Below, piece by piece: positions 1 through 15,883 of a DNA stretch of 64,000 bases. Within the stretch, counting starts at the first letter, position 1; each line of letters starts with the position of its first letter. The notes beneath the pieces were generated by a model that was not told the origin of the DNA, searched no databases, and was given only the letters and a program-made list of their open reading frames with translations. Origin of the DNA: the human T2T-CHM13v2.0 reference genome, Homo sapiens. The stretch lies in NCBI RefSeq assembly GCF_009914755.1, contig NC_060947.1. The stretch is one strand, 5' to 3'. A program made the position numbers and the translations under genes.

Positions 1-734
1 TATTTTCTAAGAAAGTACTTTAGAACACTTCTACCTACATCCAGAGGGAATTAATAAATTTGATTATGAGGCCTTAAATTTAAGAGATTTTGTTCTGTTT
101 AGCTTATTGAGACTAACAAGTACTTACATAAACCTGAAAGAAAAAAACTCAAGAATTCCCATACAAAGAAGAAATTGGACTTCTGATGCTTTAAATGTAC
201 TGGCCCTTTAAGAAAAACTTCTTCACACACAGAAACTGCCAATTCAGAAACTGAAAAGCTGAAGTAGTCAAATGGTTGGAGGCTAGGTTCCAAAGAAAGA
301 AATGAAAATGAGATATCAAGCTAGCAATTAGTAATCATAAAAAGGCACTATTCAAAACTTCTGCGAAGCATTTTAAATATTTTTAAATAAATGTAAAAGA
401 ATATATGGTTTCAAGTTCATCTAATATTCCTAATCAAGATGAATCCTCCCACAAATCAGAGTGATTTGATAAATTTGGTTTTAAAAAAAGCTAAACGTCT
501 TCTCCCAGATTTTATGACAGTAAGGAATATAATGCAAGTGCACGAGTTTAACAATTTTTAATTAAAATGAAGAGATACAGAAAAAGTGAAAAAAATTTGT
601 CACCAAGAGACATTTATTTTTAGATGTCTTTTTCATTACATAAATGTATTTGTTCTTCATAGCACTTAGATTACAAGGAAAAATCCAAGCAATAAAAAGG
701 CGTATGCTGGTAAGACTAATTTTAAAAGCTGTTT

Positions 735-1165
735 ATGGGCAATCATGATGTCTGCATACAGAGAAATTTAATTTCTTCCTTTTTGATCTGTATGTTTTAT
801 TTCCATTTCTTGCCTATTGCACTACCGAGACCTTCCAGCCTTATGCTGAATAAGAGTAGTGAGAGCAGACATTCTTGCTTTATTCCCAGTCTTAGCTGTA
901 AAGTATTCAGTCTTTCGCTGCTAAGTATAAAGTTAGCTATACGTTTTTTGTAGGTGCTCTTCAGCAAGTGGAGGAATTGCTCCTCAAATCCCTTTTATTA
1001 CTTTTTGAGCAGTTTTATTACAAATGAGGGTTGAATGTTGTAAAATGCTTTCCCTGCATCAATTGATGTCATCGTGATAGTTATTCTATTTAGCTTGTTA
1101 ATTTGGATAATTGCACTATCGATTTTGAAATATTAAAACAGCCTTGCATCCCTGGAATAAAATAA
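735..1165 (-). mobile_element. Old L1 ORF2 fragment
   Basis: Antisense L1M-type motifs such as tgttgaataagagtggtgagag-like and gcatcaattgatg. Confidence 0.7.
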
Positions 1166-1884
1166 ACAAAAACTAGTGTTTAAAGCCTTAAATAATGTTA
1201 TCTGACATTTAGTATATGTGTTTGCATTTAAATATGTATATATTGAAGTCTGTTAAAATGACATGATTGATTTTAAAAGCAGAAGCTTATGTATAGTAGG
1301 GGACTGGTAACTCAGAAAGAAAAGTGGTCTTTGAATTTATGGTTTGTTCTCAACTGTGAGGGTGTAAAATGTTACTATTTACTTTCTGCATGTTCTACTC
1401 AAATGGCAAAATCTGTTTTTCTCACCCTACCCAAATACAATCTCTCAAAAAGTTCTGTTAACTTTCTCGGTTTTGCATTAATTTTGCATACTTTAGATTT
1501 AAAACTGCGAACTAGTCCAGTTAATTAAACAATTATAATAAAACAATAGAACAATAAGGGCTTCTACAGCTATAAAGTAGCCAAAATAATTATTCTTTAT
1601 GTTATTTTTCCTGTTATTACAAAGTATCATTTTCCTGATTAGTAACATAGATAAAGCTGCAGCATTTTCTTTCTGGGGAATCTGTGTTATTGACTGAAAA
1701 TTCTCGTCAATGCTGTCCTTCTCTGAGATGGAGCACAAATTTAGAGATCCAATGTAATAACATCATCAAGATTTTTTAATACCCAAATTATTGTTGGCAC
1801 TTCCTATGACTACTAGGTATCTCCCCAAAGACCTGCTTCTTCATTTTGTAACCAATTGCAAGAGGGATGCTAGAAATAATTAAG

Positions 1885-2032
1885 TATATTTGATTTCCTT
1901 TAAATTTTTCAGCCATTATATTTTCAAATATTTTTTCTGCCCCTTATTCTCCCTTCTGGGGTATCTGTTACACATATATTGGACTGCTTTTCTCTTCATT
2001 CTTCTTCAATCTTTTTTGTGTTATTCAAATTG

Positions 2033-2075
<43 letters not shown>

Positions 2076-2480
2076 CAAGCCCACTGATTCTTCTGCCAAG
2101 TCCAATGTGTTGAGCCCATCTAGTAAATGTATTTCAGTTATTTTATTTTTCAGCTTTATAATTTCTAATTTTTTTGTTATAGTTAACATACTTCTGTTGA
2201 GATGTTTCTAATTTATTGATACCACATTTTCCATTAATTCTTTGGGCATATTTATAATAGATGTTTTTAATTCTTCATCTGCTAAATCTGGGCCCACTCA
2301 AAGTCAGTTTTCATTAACTGCCTTTTCCCAGGTGCCTAGGTCTCACTTTTCTGTTTCCTTCAATGTCTACTAATTTTTGTTTTAAAATTAGACATTATAG
2401 ACAATGTTATAATAAATCTGGATTCTGATGTGTTCTTATGATTACTGGGATTTTGTTCAAGTAGGCAGTTAACATACCTG
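1885..2480 (-). mobile_element. Old L1 fragment
   Basis: T-rich antisense L1M-like sequence. Confidence 0.55.
2035..2070. repeat. (GT)18 microsatellite
   Basis: Direct reading. Confidence 0.95.
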
Positions 2481-2829
2481 AATCCAAACTGAATACTTTA
2501 TGTCCCTTGAGGTATGTAGCAACTGATATGTCTGCTCCGTTCTTATGGCCTACCTCTGGCTTTAGCCTGGCCTATCTGCATGGAAGGCACATGTGGTATC
2601 TCCTATGTGCCTGTATAATTTGACAGTCAGCCAAGAATTTGGGCAGAGATGAAACTCAGTCTCTCTGCAGTTTCCTTGCTTCTAAGGTTTCCCACCTAGT
2701 TTACTATTTGTCCTGCCAGCCTTGGGCTCTGTTGTCTGATACTTCAAGCCTATAGGCTTCAGCTTTCTTCTGCTCCATCTGAGTGCAAATAAGAATATAC
2801 ATTCAGACTTCTTTTTTTTCTTTAAAAAA

Positions 2830-3375
2830 AAAGCATTTCTACATATATACCCAAGATAATTAAAAAACAAGTACTCCAATAAATACATGTACACACATGT
2901 TCACAGCAACACTACTCACAATAGCCAAAAGGAAGAAATGGACCAAATGTCCATCAATGAATACATGGATAAACAAATTGTAGTATATACATACAATGAA
3001 ATGTTATTCAGCCACAATAAAGGAATGAAATACTAATACTTGCTGCAGCATGGATGAACCTCCAAAATATTATGCTAAGTGAAAGAATCCAGACAAAAAG
3101 GTCACATATTGTATGAAGCCATTTATATGCAATGTCTGGTATAGACAAATCCATAGGCAGGATACAGACTGGCAGTTGCCAGGGACTAGGGAGTAGGGAA
3201 TAGTGAGGAGAAACTGCTTAATGAATACAGAGTTTTACTTTGGAGTGATGGAAATGCTTTGGAACTAGATAGAGGTAGTAGTTTCACAACATTGTGAATG
3301 TACAATATGCCACTGATTTGTCAACTGTAAAATGGATTTCATATTGTGTGAATTTCACTTCAATAAATTATTTTT
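2830..3375 (+). mobile_element. L1MB-like 3' end
   Basis: cacaatagccaaaagg, atggatgaacct, atgctaagtgaaaga motifs ending in aataaa. Confidence 0.8.
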
Positions 3376-5050
3376 AACTTTTACTTTTTTTAGTTAAACC
3401 AAACAACATACCCAAAAAAAGCAAATGAACAGAACTTGCTCCATGATTGAAGTATAGATTTCTCTCTGTTCCTTACATGTTTTATGTTAGGCCTCATGAA
3501 TCCACTCTTGCACATGCATAGTCTAGCCATCAAAAGGATTTAGACAGAACTTCTATTTGGAATTTGAGCCTCACTCTTTCTATGATTATTTTGCTTCCAG
3601 AATTTCCCCCTTTAAATTTCAAGCTGATCTTCTAGCCCTGAAAGGTACCTTGAGCCAATAAGGCTGTTTTTCTACTGCTGCTTCTCTCAGCCATAGCCAT
3701 AGGGGTCAAGAAATGTCTTCAGACCGGAAAACTACAAACTCAAAATTCTTACCCCGTGCAGTTGCAGTTTTCTTTCTTCTGTCTGCTTTTGTAGTCTTTC
3801 CAGTGCGTTTAACAAGCTTTTAAAAACGTTTCATAACTGTTATCTATGAAAGGGTTCCTGTGACCACTTCATTCCTCCATAATTACCGGAAGACTCTATA
3901 TTTTAAAACTATATCAACATTATTATAAGAGCTTCCTCATCATTAAATCCACAATATGAGAAAAGTTTCCAAATAAAAAGAGAAGCTCCAACTCCACCAT
4001 GTACTTTTTATAGGTCAAATATTCTTAATATATTCATATTAAGTCTCAGCTATTTTATTCCTCAGGATAGATAAAAGCATCATCAAGCTTATATGCAGTG
4101 TCAAATAACTGATTTTCTTGGTATTAGCTTTATTGAAATATAATTCACATACCACACAATTCACACATTGGAAGTGCACAGTTCAATGGTCCTTAGTGTA
4201 TTCAGTTTTTCAACCATTACCATAATCAATTTTAGAACATTTTTATCACCGCAAGAAGAAACCATATACCTTTAGCTATGACCCTGTAACTCCCTCATTT
4301 CCCCAGACCTAGGCAGCTACTAAACTACTTTCTATCTCTATAGATTTGTCTATTCTTGACATTTCATATAAATTGAATCATATATGTGGTATTTTGAGAC
4401 TCTGCTTAGTGTTTTCAAGGTTAGCATAATGTTTCCATAGTTTTTTCAGTTAGCATAATGTTGTCAAGATTCAAGCATGTTGTAGTGTATATCACTACTT
4501 CATTCCCTTTTCTGGTCGAATCATTATTACATTTTATTTATTCAATTGATGAACATCTAGGTTTCTATTTTTTGAATATTAAAAATAATGCTGCTATGAA
4601 CACTTGTGTACAGGTTTTTTGTGGATGCATGTTTTCATCTCTCTTGAGTATATACCTAGAAGTGGGATTCATGGGTCAAATGATAACCCTATATTTAACT
4701 ATTTGAGAAACAGCCAGATTGTTCTCCAAAGCAGCTGTACCATTTTATATTCCTATCAGCAGTATATAAGAATTCTCATTTCTCAGCATCCTAGACATTT
4801 TTTTTATTATTTGTCTTTTTTATTCTAGCCATCCTGACAGGTGTGAAGTAGTATCTCATTGTGATTTTGATTTGCATTTCCCTGATAGCTAATAACGTTG
4901 ATGTGCTTATTGGACATTTCTATATCTTCTTTAGAGAAATGGCTATTCAGATCCTGTGCCCATTAAAAAATTGGGTTATGTATCTTTTTATTATTGACTT
5001 TTAAGTGTTCTTTATATAGTCTAGATACAAATCCCTTATCAGATATATGA

Positions 5051-5437
<387 letters not shown>

Positions 5438-5566
5438 AGTTTTTAACTTTTGATCAAGTCCAATTTATCTATTTTTTTTCCTTTTTTGCTAATGCATGTG
5501 GTGTATATCTAAGAAACCATTGACAAATCCAAGGTCACAAAGACATACTTCTATGTTTTCTTGTAA

Positions 5567-5743
<177 letters not shown>

Positions 5744-6307
5744 TGATCCATTTCAAGTTCATTTTTGTATACAGTGTATACAAAAATTGGATAGACATCC
5801 AACTTCATTCCTTTGCACGTGGATATCCAGTTGTCCCAGTGCCATTTGTTGAAGAGATCATTCCTTCCTCATTGAATTGTTTTAGCATCCTTGCTGAAAT
5901 CAATTGACTATAAATGTGAGGGTTTATTTCTGGATTCTCAATTCTATTCCATTTATCTGTATGTCTATCCATATGCCAGTACCACACTATCTTGATTATT
6001 GTTGCATTGTAGACAGTTTTGAAATCAAAAAGCATAAGCTCTCCAACGTTGTTCTTTTTCAACATTGTTTCAGCAATTCTGTGTCCCTTGAATTTCCACA
6101 TGAATCTTAGGATCAACTTATCAATTTCTACAAAGCAGCCAGCTGGGCTTCTGACAAGAATTGAGTTAAACCTACAGGTCAATTGAGGAAGTATTGCTAT
6201 ATTAATACTAGTAAGTCTTCTAATCCATTAATATAGGATATCTATTTATTTAGATCCTGCATAATTTCTTTCAATAATGTTTGGTAGTCTTAAGAATTTA
6301 AGTTTTG

Positions 6308-6915
6308 CCGCCCCGTCCAGGAGGGAGGTGGGGGGCAGCCCCCGCCCGGCCAGCCGCCCCGTCCGGGAGGTCGGGGGGCGCCTCTGCCCGGCGGCCACCC
6401 CGTCTGGGAGGTGTACCCAACAGCTCATTGAGAACGGGCCATGATGACAATGGCGGTTTTGTCGAATAGAAAAGGGGGAAATGTGGGGAAAAGAAAGAGA
6501 GATCAGATTGTTACTGTGTCTGTGTAGAAAGAAGTAGACATAAGAGACTCCATTTTGTTCTGTACTAAGAAAAATTCTTCTGCCTTGGGATGCTGTTAAT
6601 CTATAACCTTACCCCCAACCCCGTGCTCTCTGAAACATGTGCTGTGTCCACTAAGGGTTAAATGGATTAAGGGCGGTGCAAGATGGGCTTTGTTAAACAG
6701 ATGCTTGAAGGCGGCATACTCCTTAAGAGTCATCACCACTCCCTAATCTCAAGTACCCAGGAACACAAACACTGCGGAAGGCCGCAGGGTCCTCTGCCTA
6801 GGAAAACCAGAGACCCTTGTTCACATGTTTATCTGCTGACCTTCCCTCCACTATTGTCCCATGACCCTGCCAAATCCCCCTCTCCGAGAAACACCCAAGA
6901 ATGATCAATAAATAC

Positions 6916-6941
<26 letters not shown>
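6308..6941 (+). mobile_element. 5'-truncated SVA (end of VNTR, SINE-R, poly(A))
   Basis: GC-rich VNTR units, SINE-R, AATAAA 6907-6912, A tail; 16-bp TSD at 6292-6307 and 6942-6957 with 1 mismatch. Confidence 0.95.
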
Positions 6942-6946
<5 letters not shown>

Positions 6947-7715
6947 TATAAGTTTTGTACTTCTTTTGTTAAATGTATTCCTAAGTACTTTAATCTTTTT
7001 GATGCTATTGTTAAAGATTGTTTTCATAATTTCAGGTTTGATTTGCTCATTGCTACTGTATAGAAATATAATTGATTTTTGTATATTAATCCTTTACCCT
7101 CTAACCTTGCTGAAGTTGTTTATTAGTTTCAGCAGATTTTTTGTGAACTCCTTAGGATTTTCTATATTAAAAAAATCATGCCATCTGCAAATACAGTTTT
7201 GCATCTTTCTTTACATTTGGATGCCTTTTATTTCATTGTCTTGTCTACTTCCATGGCTAGAACTTCAGTACAGTGTTGGCTAGAATTAGTAAGACTGGAC
7301 AGTCTTATCTTGTTCCTACCCTTAGGGAGAAACTTCGCTGGCTTATTACCTTTATTGTTTGCTCATATCATATGTAAACTGTGGGTTGACTGCAGGCCAA
7401 CCCAACAAGAGGCCAAGCCAGGCCACACAATCAGCTTAAATCTCTACTTGGATGTGGCACATGTCATAACTACTCACGATCTATTAGCCAAAGTATGTCA
7501 GTCAAGGCCAAAATTAATGAAGCGGGGACCTGTCTTGTCCTCTTCTCACAAAACTCACAGCAGGTCACCAGGCAATGAACAGAGATATATAATACTTTTA
7601 TGGGAAAGGTAAGAAATAAATAACTGAACTAATACCATCATGGACCCTATGAAATCTATGGCTAATTTCCACTACCACTAATAGAAAATTAACTAAGCAA
7701 TAAATTCAACTAATG

Positions 7716-7890
7716 GGCCAGGTGTGGTGGCTCATGCCTGTAATCTCTGCACTTTGGGAGGCCGAGGCAGGTGGATAGCTTGAGGCCAGAGGTTCAAGAC
7801 CAGGCTGGACAACATGGTAAAACCCCATTTCTACTAAAAATACAAAAATTAGCTGGATGTGATGGCACATGCGTGTAATCCCAGGCATGG
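7716..7890 (+). mobile_element. Partial Alu
   Basis: Left monomer plus start of right monomer. Confidence 0.85.
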
Positions 7891-8057
7891 GATCACATGC
7901 CTGGAGAAACTGGAGAATACAGGAGGTGAGGGATTACCGTGTCTAAGGAATCATTCACCCACAGTAAAAAAATAATAATAATAATTAAAATTTAAAATAA
8001 AAAAGAGTTTGAGACCAGCCTGAGCAATATAGCAAAACCTTGTCTCCACAAAAAAAG

Positions 8058-8386
<329 letters not shown>

Positions 8387-10423
8387 TTATCATGGCTGTA
8401 CTTTTTATTTTCCTTTTTTGATAGAATATACGTATAAATGTATGGAGTACAAGTGTAATTTTGTTACATGCATTGACTGCATAGTGGTGATGTCAGGGTG
8501 GCAAAACATTTTCTAATAGGCCTATCAGTCACCTCTCTCAAGATTTGTAACTTTGACCAACTATCCATAATTAATTATGGTCCAGATGATTTTAGTCTTA
8601 TAACGCTAGAGGTTAACTCACAGAAAACTACTAAGATGTGGTTTAGTTTTGGGGGGAAGGTTGGTTGGTTTAGTGGATAACCCAAAAACTTTCAGTTTAT
8701 TGCACAATAAGACATTAGCCAAAGTTGAATGTAACTTAGTAATGTTACTTTGGCTTTTTTTCCCCCAACTGACTACATGAATCCCTGCTTCTCAAATGCT
8801 CTTTGAATCAGCATTCTTCTGTATCTGTTCTTTCATTAACTGGTTAAATAAAACTTTAACATGTGCTAACAGATGACTTTGCCTGAGATTTGGGCTCTTA
8901 CAGACATCATAAAACCTTGAACTCCTCTCCCTCCAACCTCCCACCCATCCTCTGTGCTTCCTTAGCACCCTGTACTTTTCCTATTAAAGCAGTATTCAAA
9001 CTGCATAGGAATTGCCTATTAATTTATCTCCCTCCCTTACCAGACTGTGACCATCTTGACAGAGGTCTTTCCTTACTTGATTGTAGATCCCCAGGACCAA
9101 GTGCAGTGTCTCACATCGTACATGATCAATCAGTGTTTGAGAACAAATGATTGTTCTGTTATTGTTGCAAGGTGATGACCAATAATTAGATGAATAAATG
9201 AATCCAGAAAACCTGGTGTCTTGAATGCAGAGGGAATTATCACAATAGACATAATAGTTAAGGGAAAAAATTTAGCTGGTCTTCACTTTTAGGAAAGCCA
9301 ATATATGAAATTCAAATTTAGGATACAAGAGTGCACATTCATTTTCTTAATGCTTGTTTCGTGGAATAATTCACTGGGGTTATATCCCCTTCTGTGTTTA
9401 AGTACCTCTTATTAACTACCTGACTGGGTTAGCTTTAGAATCTGCTGACAAATGAAGATCAGAAGCGAAAGTGTGAGTCAACAGGAAAACTATTTGATTT
9501 GTGCTTGTGCACCCAAGACAGCTTTCCAGGAACGTGTTTATTGTGTAAAGTGAACCAAAAGTAATCACGTAATGAAGTAGTTTTGCTTACAGGATAATAG
9601 CTCTTTGACCTCTAAATGCCTTGGATAAAAAAAAAGACAAGGAGGGGAGAATAAATGCTGTTTCTATGCTTCACTGTAGCACCTAGAAGAATGCTTGCTA
9701 TCTTACCTCACTTTCACCCTGTCCAGGCCCTCTCTCCCCATTTAAAACAAAGTGTTCTCCCATCCTTTCTCAAAAGAGGACATACTGTTAATATTTAACT
9801 AGGCTACATGAATCAGAATTTTAATGAAACATCACTTGCTACTTTCATTTTAGCATCGGTCTCACTTAAGCCATTGAACGTGTTCTCCAAATATGGTGGA
9901 TAAATGGAAGTAGCATTCACTGAACTAGGGTTTAAAAGTGTCTTAAGAAAGCTTTCTGACTAAATATAAATAAGCAAATTACTTATTTCGTACCTCAGTG
10001 ACTTCAATGCCTCACAGAGGCAGAGAGTGCATGTTGGACATCTATTTGTTACTTTGACAAAGATTTAAGACTATATTTAGCCAGTAGGCAAAGTCAGAAT
10101 TCCCCTGGACATATCCTGCAGGGAGCAATGGGATGTAGCCCTTGAAATATTCCTAATGACCATCTTTTAATATACTGATTCTAAAATGATTAGAGAAGGA
10201 TTACATGAAAGGTCTCTCTGGCTGATGTCTTCTATTACACAAAATGTTCTTTCTTCAAAGGTTAGCATATTCTTGTTTCTAGGACACCAGACATCAATAT
10301 TTCCTGTCTGCCAACAGAACTGAAGGGTTAGAGACCCTGGGAAAATTTGTCATGTAAATTGACTCAATTAGTCTTATTTTAGTTATAACGAGAAAATGTA
10401 TTTGAAAAATTAAAACTCCAATC

Positions 10424-10711
10424 TTTTGTTTTAATGGAGACAGTGTCTCTGTTGTCCAGGCTGGAGCACAGTGGCACAATCATAGCTCACTGCAGCCTTG
10501 ACCTCCTGGGCTCAAGCAATCCTCCCACCTCTACCTCCTGAGTAGCTGAGACTACAGGCATGTGTCCACCATGTCTAATTTTTTTTATTTTTTTTAGAAA
10601 TGGGGTCTTGCTATGTTGCCCAGGCTGGTTTTGAATTCCTAGGCTCAAAGGATCCTTCCACCTCAGCCTCCCCAAGTGCTGGGATTAAGGCGTGAGTCAC
10701 TGCATGCAGCC
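10424..10711 (-). mobile_element. Alu (J-like)
   Basis: Alu consensus; TSD aactccaat. Confidence 0.9.
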
Positions 10712-12779
10712 TAACTCCAATGTTTTTAAAAGTTGCTCTAAGCTGATATCCTTCCCAGAATAATGACCTCTACCACCAAAATAGAAGAGAGTATTTCCTT
10801 CAGCCAACACATTTTCTGTCAAAAATAATTATACCAACCTTGAAAAGAAAAAAAAAAATCTCTATTTGTCCAGAGTTATAGAAAAGGAGTGACACTCATT
10901 TTTGATATAGAGACCAACCTGCAAATCCATTTACTCAGGCTCCCTAGTGGGGAAAGCCTGTCTGATTAGCTTAATAACGATCTGTAATGAGCTGTATTCC
11001 AAAATTTATCTGTAAGTGAACTGTTTTAGAACATATTTTCCCATAAAAACAAAGGGTGGTTAGAGTTTTTAGACCAGCTCCCAGAAGCCTATGACCTCAA
11101 CCATGGGACCACTAGTACTAGTCTGTATTCTGGATCCTAAGAGCAATAGGCTGCAGTGCAGGAGAGAAGAGGAAAAAGGTCTCCTTTCCCTTCCTTTCAC
11201 AGAGCAATTTAGAAAAAAATTTCCCAAAAGGCCAAGCTGAGGTGTGGCACCCTCTGTTCTGCTAATATTCCTCTCCCAGTGTCTTTTAACCTCTCTCAAG
11301 CCCCTCAAAGCTACCACAACCCTGAATGTGTGTTGGGGAAGAGGAGTACGGTAGGCTGAGCAACATTAGGGACTCAGCTATGATGGACTGTGTATAAGAC
11401 ATGGACACCAACTCTAGATAAACTGAGATACAGAACAAGGGCTCTGTTTATGGAACTTGGATGCACAGGTAGAGTTAGCCATAAGAGGCAGGAGAAAAAT
11501 CCTACAACCAAAATCTGCACCCAAAGTTGAAGCTGTACCGGCAGCAAAGCTAATCCTGAGCTGCTGAAACACTTGTGTAGCACTGTTCGTACTCCTCCAG
11601 CCCAGGGACAGGATTGAACCCACAGTGTAAGTTTGGTGCTCAATTTAGAGAAGGTTAATGGTCCAGGTGAGATGAACTAAAGATCCATGAGGGCAATGAG
11701 TCAAGCAGGTAATAATGATGTTTATCTGATCAAAAAGATTTCTATTCATTTGGAGGAAATGACAAATTGGTCATTCTTTCAATAAATATTTATTGAATAC
11801 TTACAATATGCCATGTACTACGTTAGAGGCTGGCATTACACAGTCCCTGCTCTCATGGAGCTTATATTCTCGATGAATGTGGAAGAGTTCAGAGGGACCA
11901 AATAAATCCTCAATGAAGAGGAAAAAGAGGGAAAAGCACGACTGCTCCAAAGCCACTACTGCTTAGACTTCCAAACAAGCCACCTCATGTTTTGGAGATA
12001 ATTGTAAAGTATGACCTAGTCAACTATTCAAGAGTTGAATAGTTAAAATATTATTTGGGACACATTTCACCTACACTGAAACTGAGGTAAACCAAGCAAA
12101 TACAAAACTCAGAAGTTTAACTTCACAAATCAGCCCAAGGTAAAACCAACTGGGCTAGGTCCTTTTTGGCAACTTTCCCACCTCTCCTTTCACCTTCAAG
12201 GAACCATCTGGGCTACCCATTGTGGCTCCCTTCCCAGGATAAGGCTTTGTCCTTTTCACTGACTTTTGCCTATGTACATTTACCTGCCCAACCTCCCAGG
12301 GCTTTCCTAGGTATAGGAAATAGGAGCATGATGGGGTATCATCAGAAATCATCCATATTTCAGTGCTAGTGTGAGAACTGATTGCCCCCTCACAAAATAC
12401 CTTACCTCAACGAATATGGAAATCTCCAGAAGTCTCTGTAAAGTGCTTAACTATGAGAATTTCTCATACCACAGCTAGCTAGTAGATGTTTTAGAGCTAA
12501 GGCCTTTAGAGGCCCACTCAAACCACACTTGTACAACCACCTGCACCTTACATGTGTGTACATAACCAGGTCTAGAACCCAAAACCTTTGAAGAGTTGAT
12601 ATCACAATGAGTTCTCCATCCCCTAATTTTTAAAAACTAATATTTCTCAAGCTCTACATAAAAATGTGTGCCAGGCCCCATCTAAGCACTTTGCATAAAT
12701 GTCATTTAATCCTCAGGACAACCTTATGAAATGGTTATTAGCCTCATTTTATAAATGAGAAAACTGACGCACAATCCTT

Positions 12780-13680
12780 TTAAAAGAAGGCAGGAAAAGA
12801 AAAAAAAAGAGAGAAGATGCAACAAACAGAAAATACCAGGATATCAAATGTAAACAGAACCATATTGATAATTACATTAAATGTATGGCGTAAACTTTCA
12901 AACTAAAGGCAGAGATTGTCAAATTGGATTAAAAACCAAGAAACTCATTTTCAATATAAAGAAAAAGAATAGAAAATATCCTATGCAAACACAAGAAAAA
13001 GAAAGCTAGAGAGGTTATATTAATATCAAAATAGAATTTAGGATAAGGAATATTACCAGGGATAAAGAGGAATATTTCATTTTGATAAAGGGGTCAACTC
13101 ACTAAGAGTATATAATCTTAAATGTGCATGTACTTAATAACAAAGTTTCAAAATACATGAAGCTAAGAAATGACAAAACCAAAAGAAGAAATAAGACAAA
13201 TTCACAATTGTATTTGCAGATTTCAACATGCTTTTCTTAGTAACTGACAGACCAAGCAGAAAATAAATTAGCAAGAATACAGAAGACTTGGAACACCACC
13301 AACCAACTTGACCTAATTGGCATTTATAGAATACTACATCCAATAACAACAAAATGAACATTCTTTTCAAGTGCATGTGGAATATTCACCATGGAAGACC
13401 AGCTACTAGATCATAAAACAAGTCCCAGTAAATTTAAGGGGATTTAAATAATTCATAGTATGTTCTTTGACCACACAAGACTAAATTAGATAACAACAGA
13501 AAGATATCTGGAAAATCTGCAAATACTTGGAAATCAAGCAACACACAAGGATAAAAGAAAAAATAAAGAGAAATTGGAAAACATTTTGAGCTGAATGAAA
13601 ATGATAATGCCACACATCAAATTTGTGGGATCGAGTGGAATAGTGATTAGAGGGAAATTCATAGCATTAAATTATTAAGC
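12780..13680 (+). mobile_element. Old L1, ORF2 endonuclease region
   Basis: A-rich L1 motifs such as acattaaatgta, cattcttttcaagtgcatgtggaatattcacc. Confidence 0.8.
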
Positions 13681-15883
13681 ATTTATACATACCCCCCCTT
13701 CACCATCAGTTTATTTTGCAAGGAAAAACAAAGAATGAAGGACAAAATCCAGTCCTGAACACAAGTCCAATAATATAAAAGTGAACTGCTACAGATTAAA
13801 GAAGGTGTAAGTGGTATCAAAAAACATTCTGAACTTCAAACTGCTTATTTCAGTAGCAGATGCTTGCTGACAATATACAGCTAGTCTAACAAGAGGTGAG
13901 ATTCAGAAAGGTCAGTGAAGGAAGGCTGGAAAAGTCAGGGGGTCCATGAACAAGAGTAGCACGGGCTAGCAAAGTTGATAAACTCTGATACCAGGACAGA
14001 GGCTATTGCCATTGATTTGAAAATATTCCTTTCTAGGCATGGGTTGTCTCTGGGACATAATATACTTATCACCTCCAGAAATAAGAAGTCTCTGAGTTTT
14101 GTCCAAAATTAAGAACTGAGATGCGGGGATTGTGTGCTGGTTTAACTCCGTAATTCCCAAATATTATCCCTACTTTGGAATCACCTGAGGAACTGTTTGT
14201 AGAAAATACTCCAGGTCCCTACTCTAAGAAAATCTGATTCAATATACTTGATGTGGGGACCTCCAAAAGTTTCTCAATTCATTCTAATGATTCTCAGTTT
14301 GGAAAGTACTGGTATGAATACTACCACTAATAACAACAACTGCTACTAGTTATTGAGTACCTGCCAGGTACTAGGTCCTGTTTTAGGTGCTTGACATGTA
14401 TTGTTAGATTTAATTCATTAGCAGAAGGGCATTGTGAAGATCAAGTGAGACAGTGTAAGAAGTTTCAGTGGAGTTCATCCCCACTCAGAGGAATACAAAT
14501 GGACAAGGAAAGTCATCTTGACATAGAGACGACAACTTTTTAATTACCTGTAAAGACATGAAAAATGTAATTAACACTGATTAAAGCAATAAAAAGACTG
14601 ATGATGTCAGGGGTTAAGACCAAAAAAAGGGGAAAATATTGAGGCAGTTAAGGAAAAGTACCCAAAGAGGTAGAGAGCATTTGTCTCTCAAATCTGATCT
14701 ATTCCTGGGCTGGTATAACAAATTGGCTTCAAAGATTCTGCATAATACCAGAATTGTTCAGAATTCCAAGTTCAACATTCACTCTCCGCCAGTGCCAACT
14801 TAGAGTTAAACGAGACCCCAAAAGACCTATACCTTCTAGGTCTAAGGAGAAAGCAATTGGCTTCCTTAGAGTCCAAATCCTTTATAAAATTTTCCTAGAC
14901 GAACCTGTTGTGGACAAAAACTTCTCAAATCACACTCAGTCTGAGGTAATTCTTACCGAGTATTCACCAACCTCTTAAAATGTACCTGGTCCCCAGCTGC
15001 ATGTGGTATGGATACCTTACTCATTTTACATATTGTTTCTTGCTTAGCATGTTTGTCTGTCTTACTGATGTCTTGGATCAATTATTCCAGAAAGCAGAAA
15101 AGATGCTGTTTAATAGTGCCTAGCAATGGCGTATCCAATTACAATTCAGAAGTGTTCTTTGATAATGATGATATATGTAATAGGAAATAAGTACTATTAC
15201 ATACCACATGAAATTAGGATCAAGAAAGCCTTGAACAAAGTACAGTATCATTCTGGCTAAAATATAAGAAAATTTTTTGAGGACAGAGGTAATAATAGCT
15301 GTCTATTGGTCTGATACTCGAGCCCAAGGACATCTAGCTGTCATCTAACAAAAATCAGAGGTCCAACTAAGCTAGAGGTTAAGTGCCAGGTCATTTTCTA
15401 GCTCCTATCCATGAAATGAAGGCTATTTCTGATCTGCAATTATGTATTTCTCAAGCTTATGTGCCCTGTGCCCAATCAGAATCATCTCTGTTCCCTCTCC
15501 TTCCTCTATTAACCACATCCATTTAGCAACACATCAAAGGAATTAAGCTTTTTAAGCCTGATCCATTTAGAAATGGCCATTCATTACAGCTTAAAACAGT
15601 ACCTAAGAATCAGGAACAAAAACAGAATTTTTTACATTAAGGTTTATTTTCTCAGGTTGCCACACTTCCTTTAATCACTACTTCCAATATCCCTCCTTTT
15701 GTTGTTCTTATGTCTACTTCTGTCTATAAATAGAAGAAAATCTGTGTTCAGTTAGCATGAATTACCATCTTTTATGCAGCTCCTCTTTTTATTCTCAACT
15801 CTGGACCCAATAAAATCTCCTTGGCCCTGAAAGATAGTGTCTCTAGAAATGTTACTTCAATTTTTAAAACTTAATCATTTACA

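Noticed and set aside
5805-6182. 125-aa ORF with L1 ORF2 similarity
   Set aside because: Decayed fragment of an old interrupted L1
12022-12044. 10-bp inverted repeat aactattcaa-gag-ttgaatagtt
   Set aside because: Short, intergenic and AT-rich; plausible by chance
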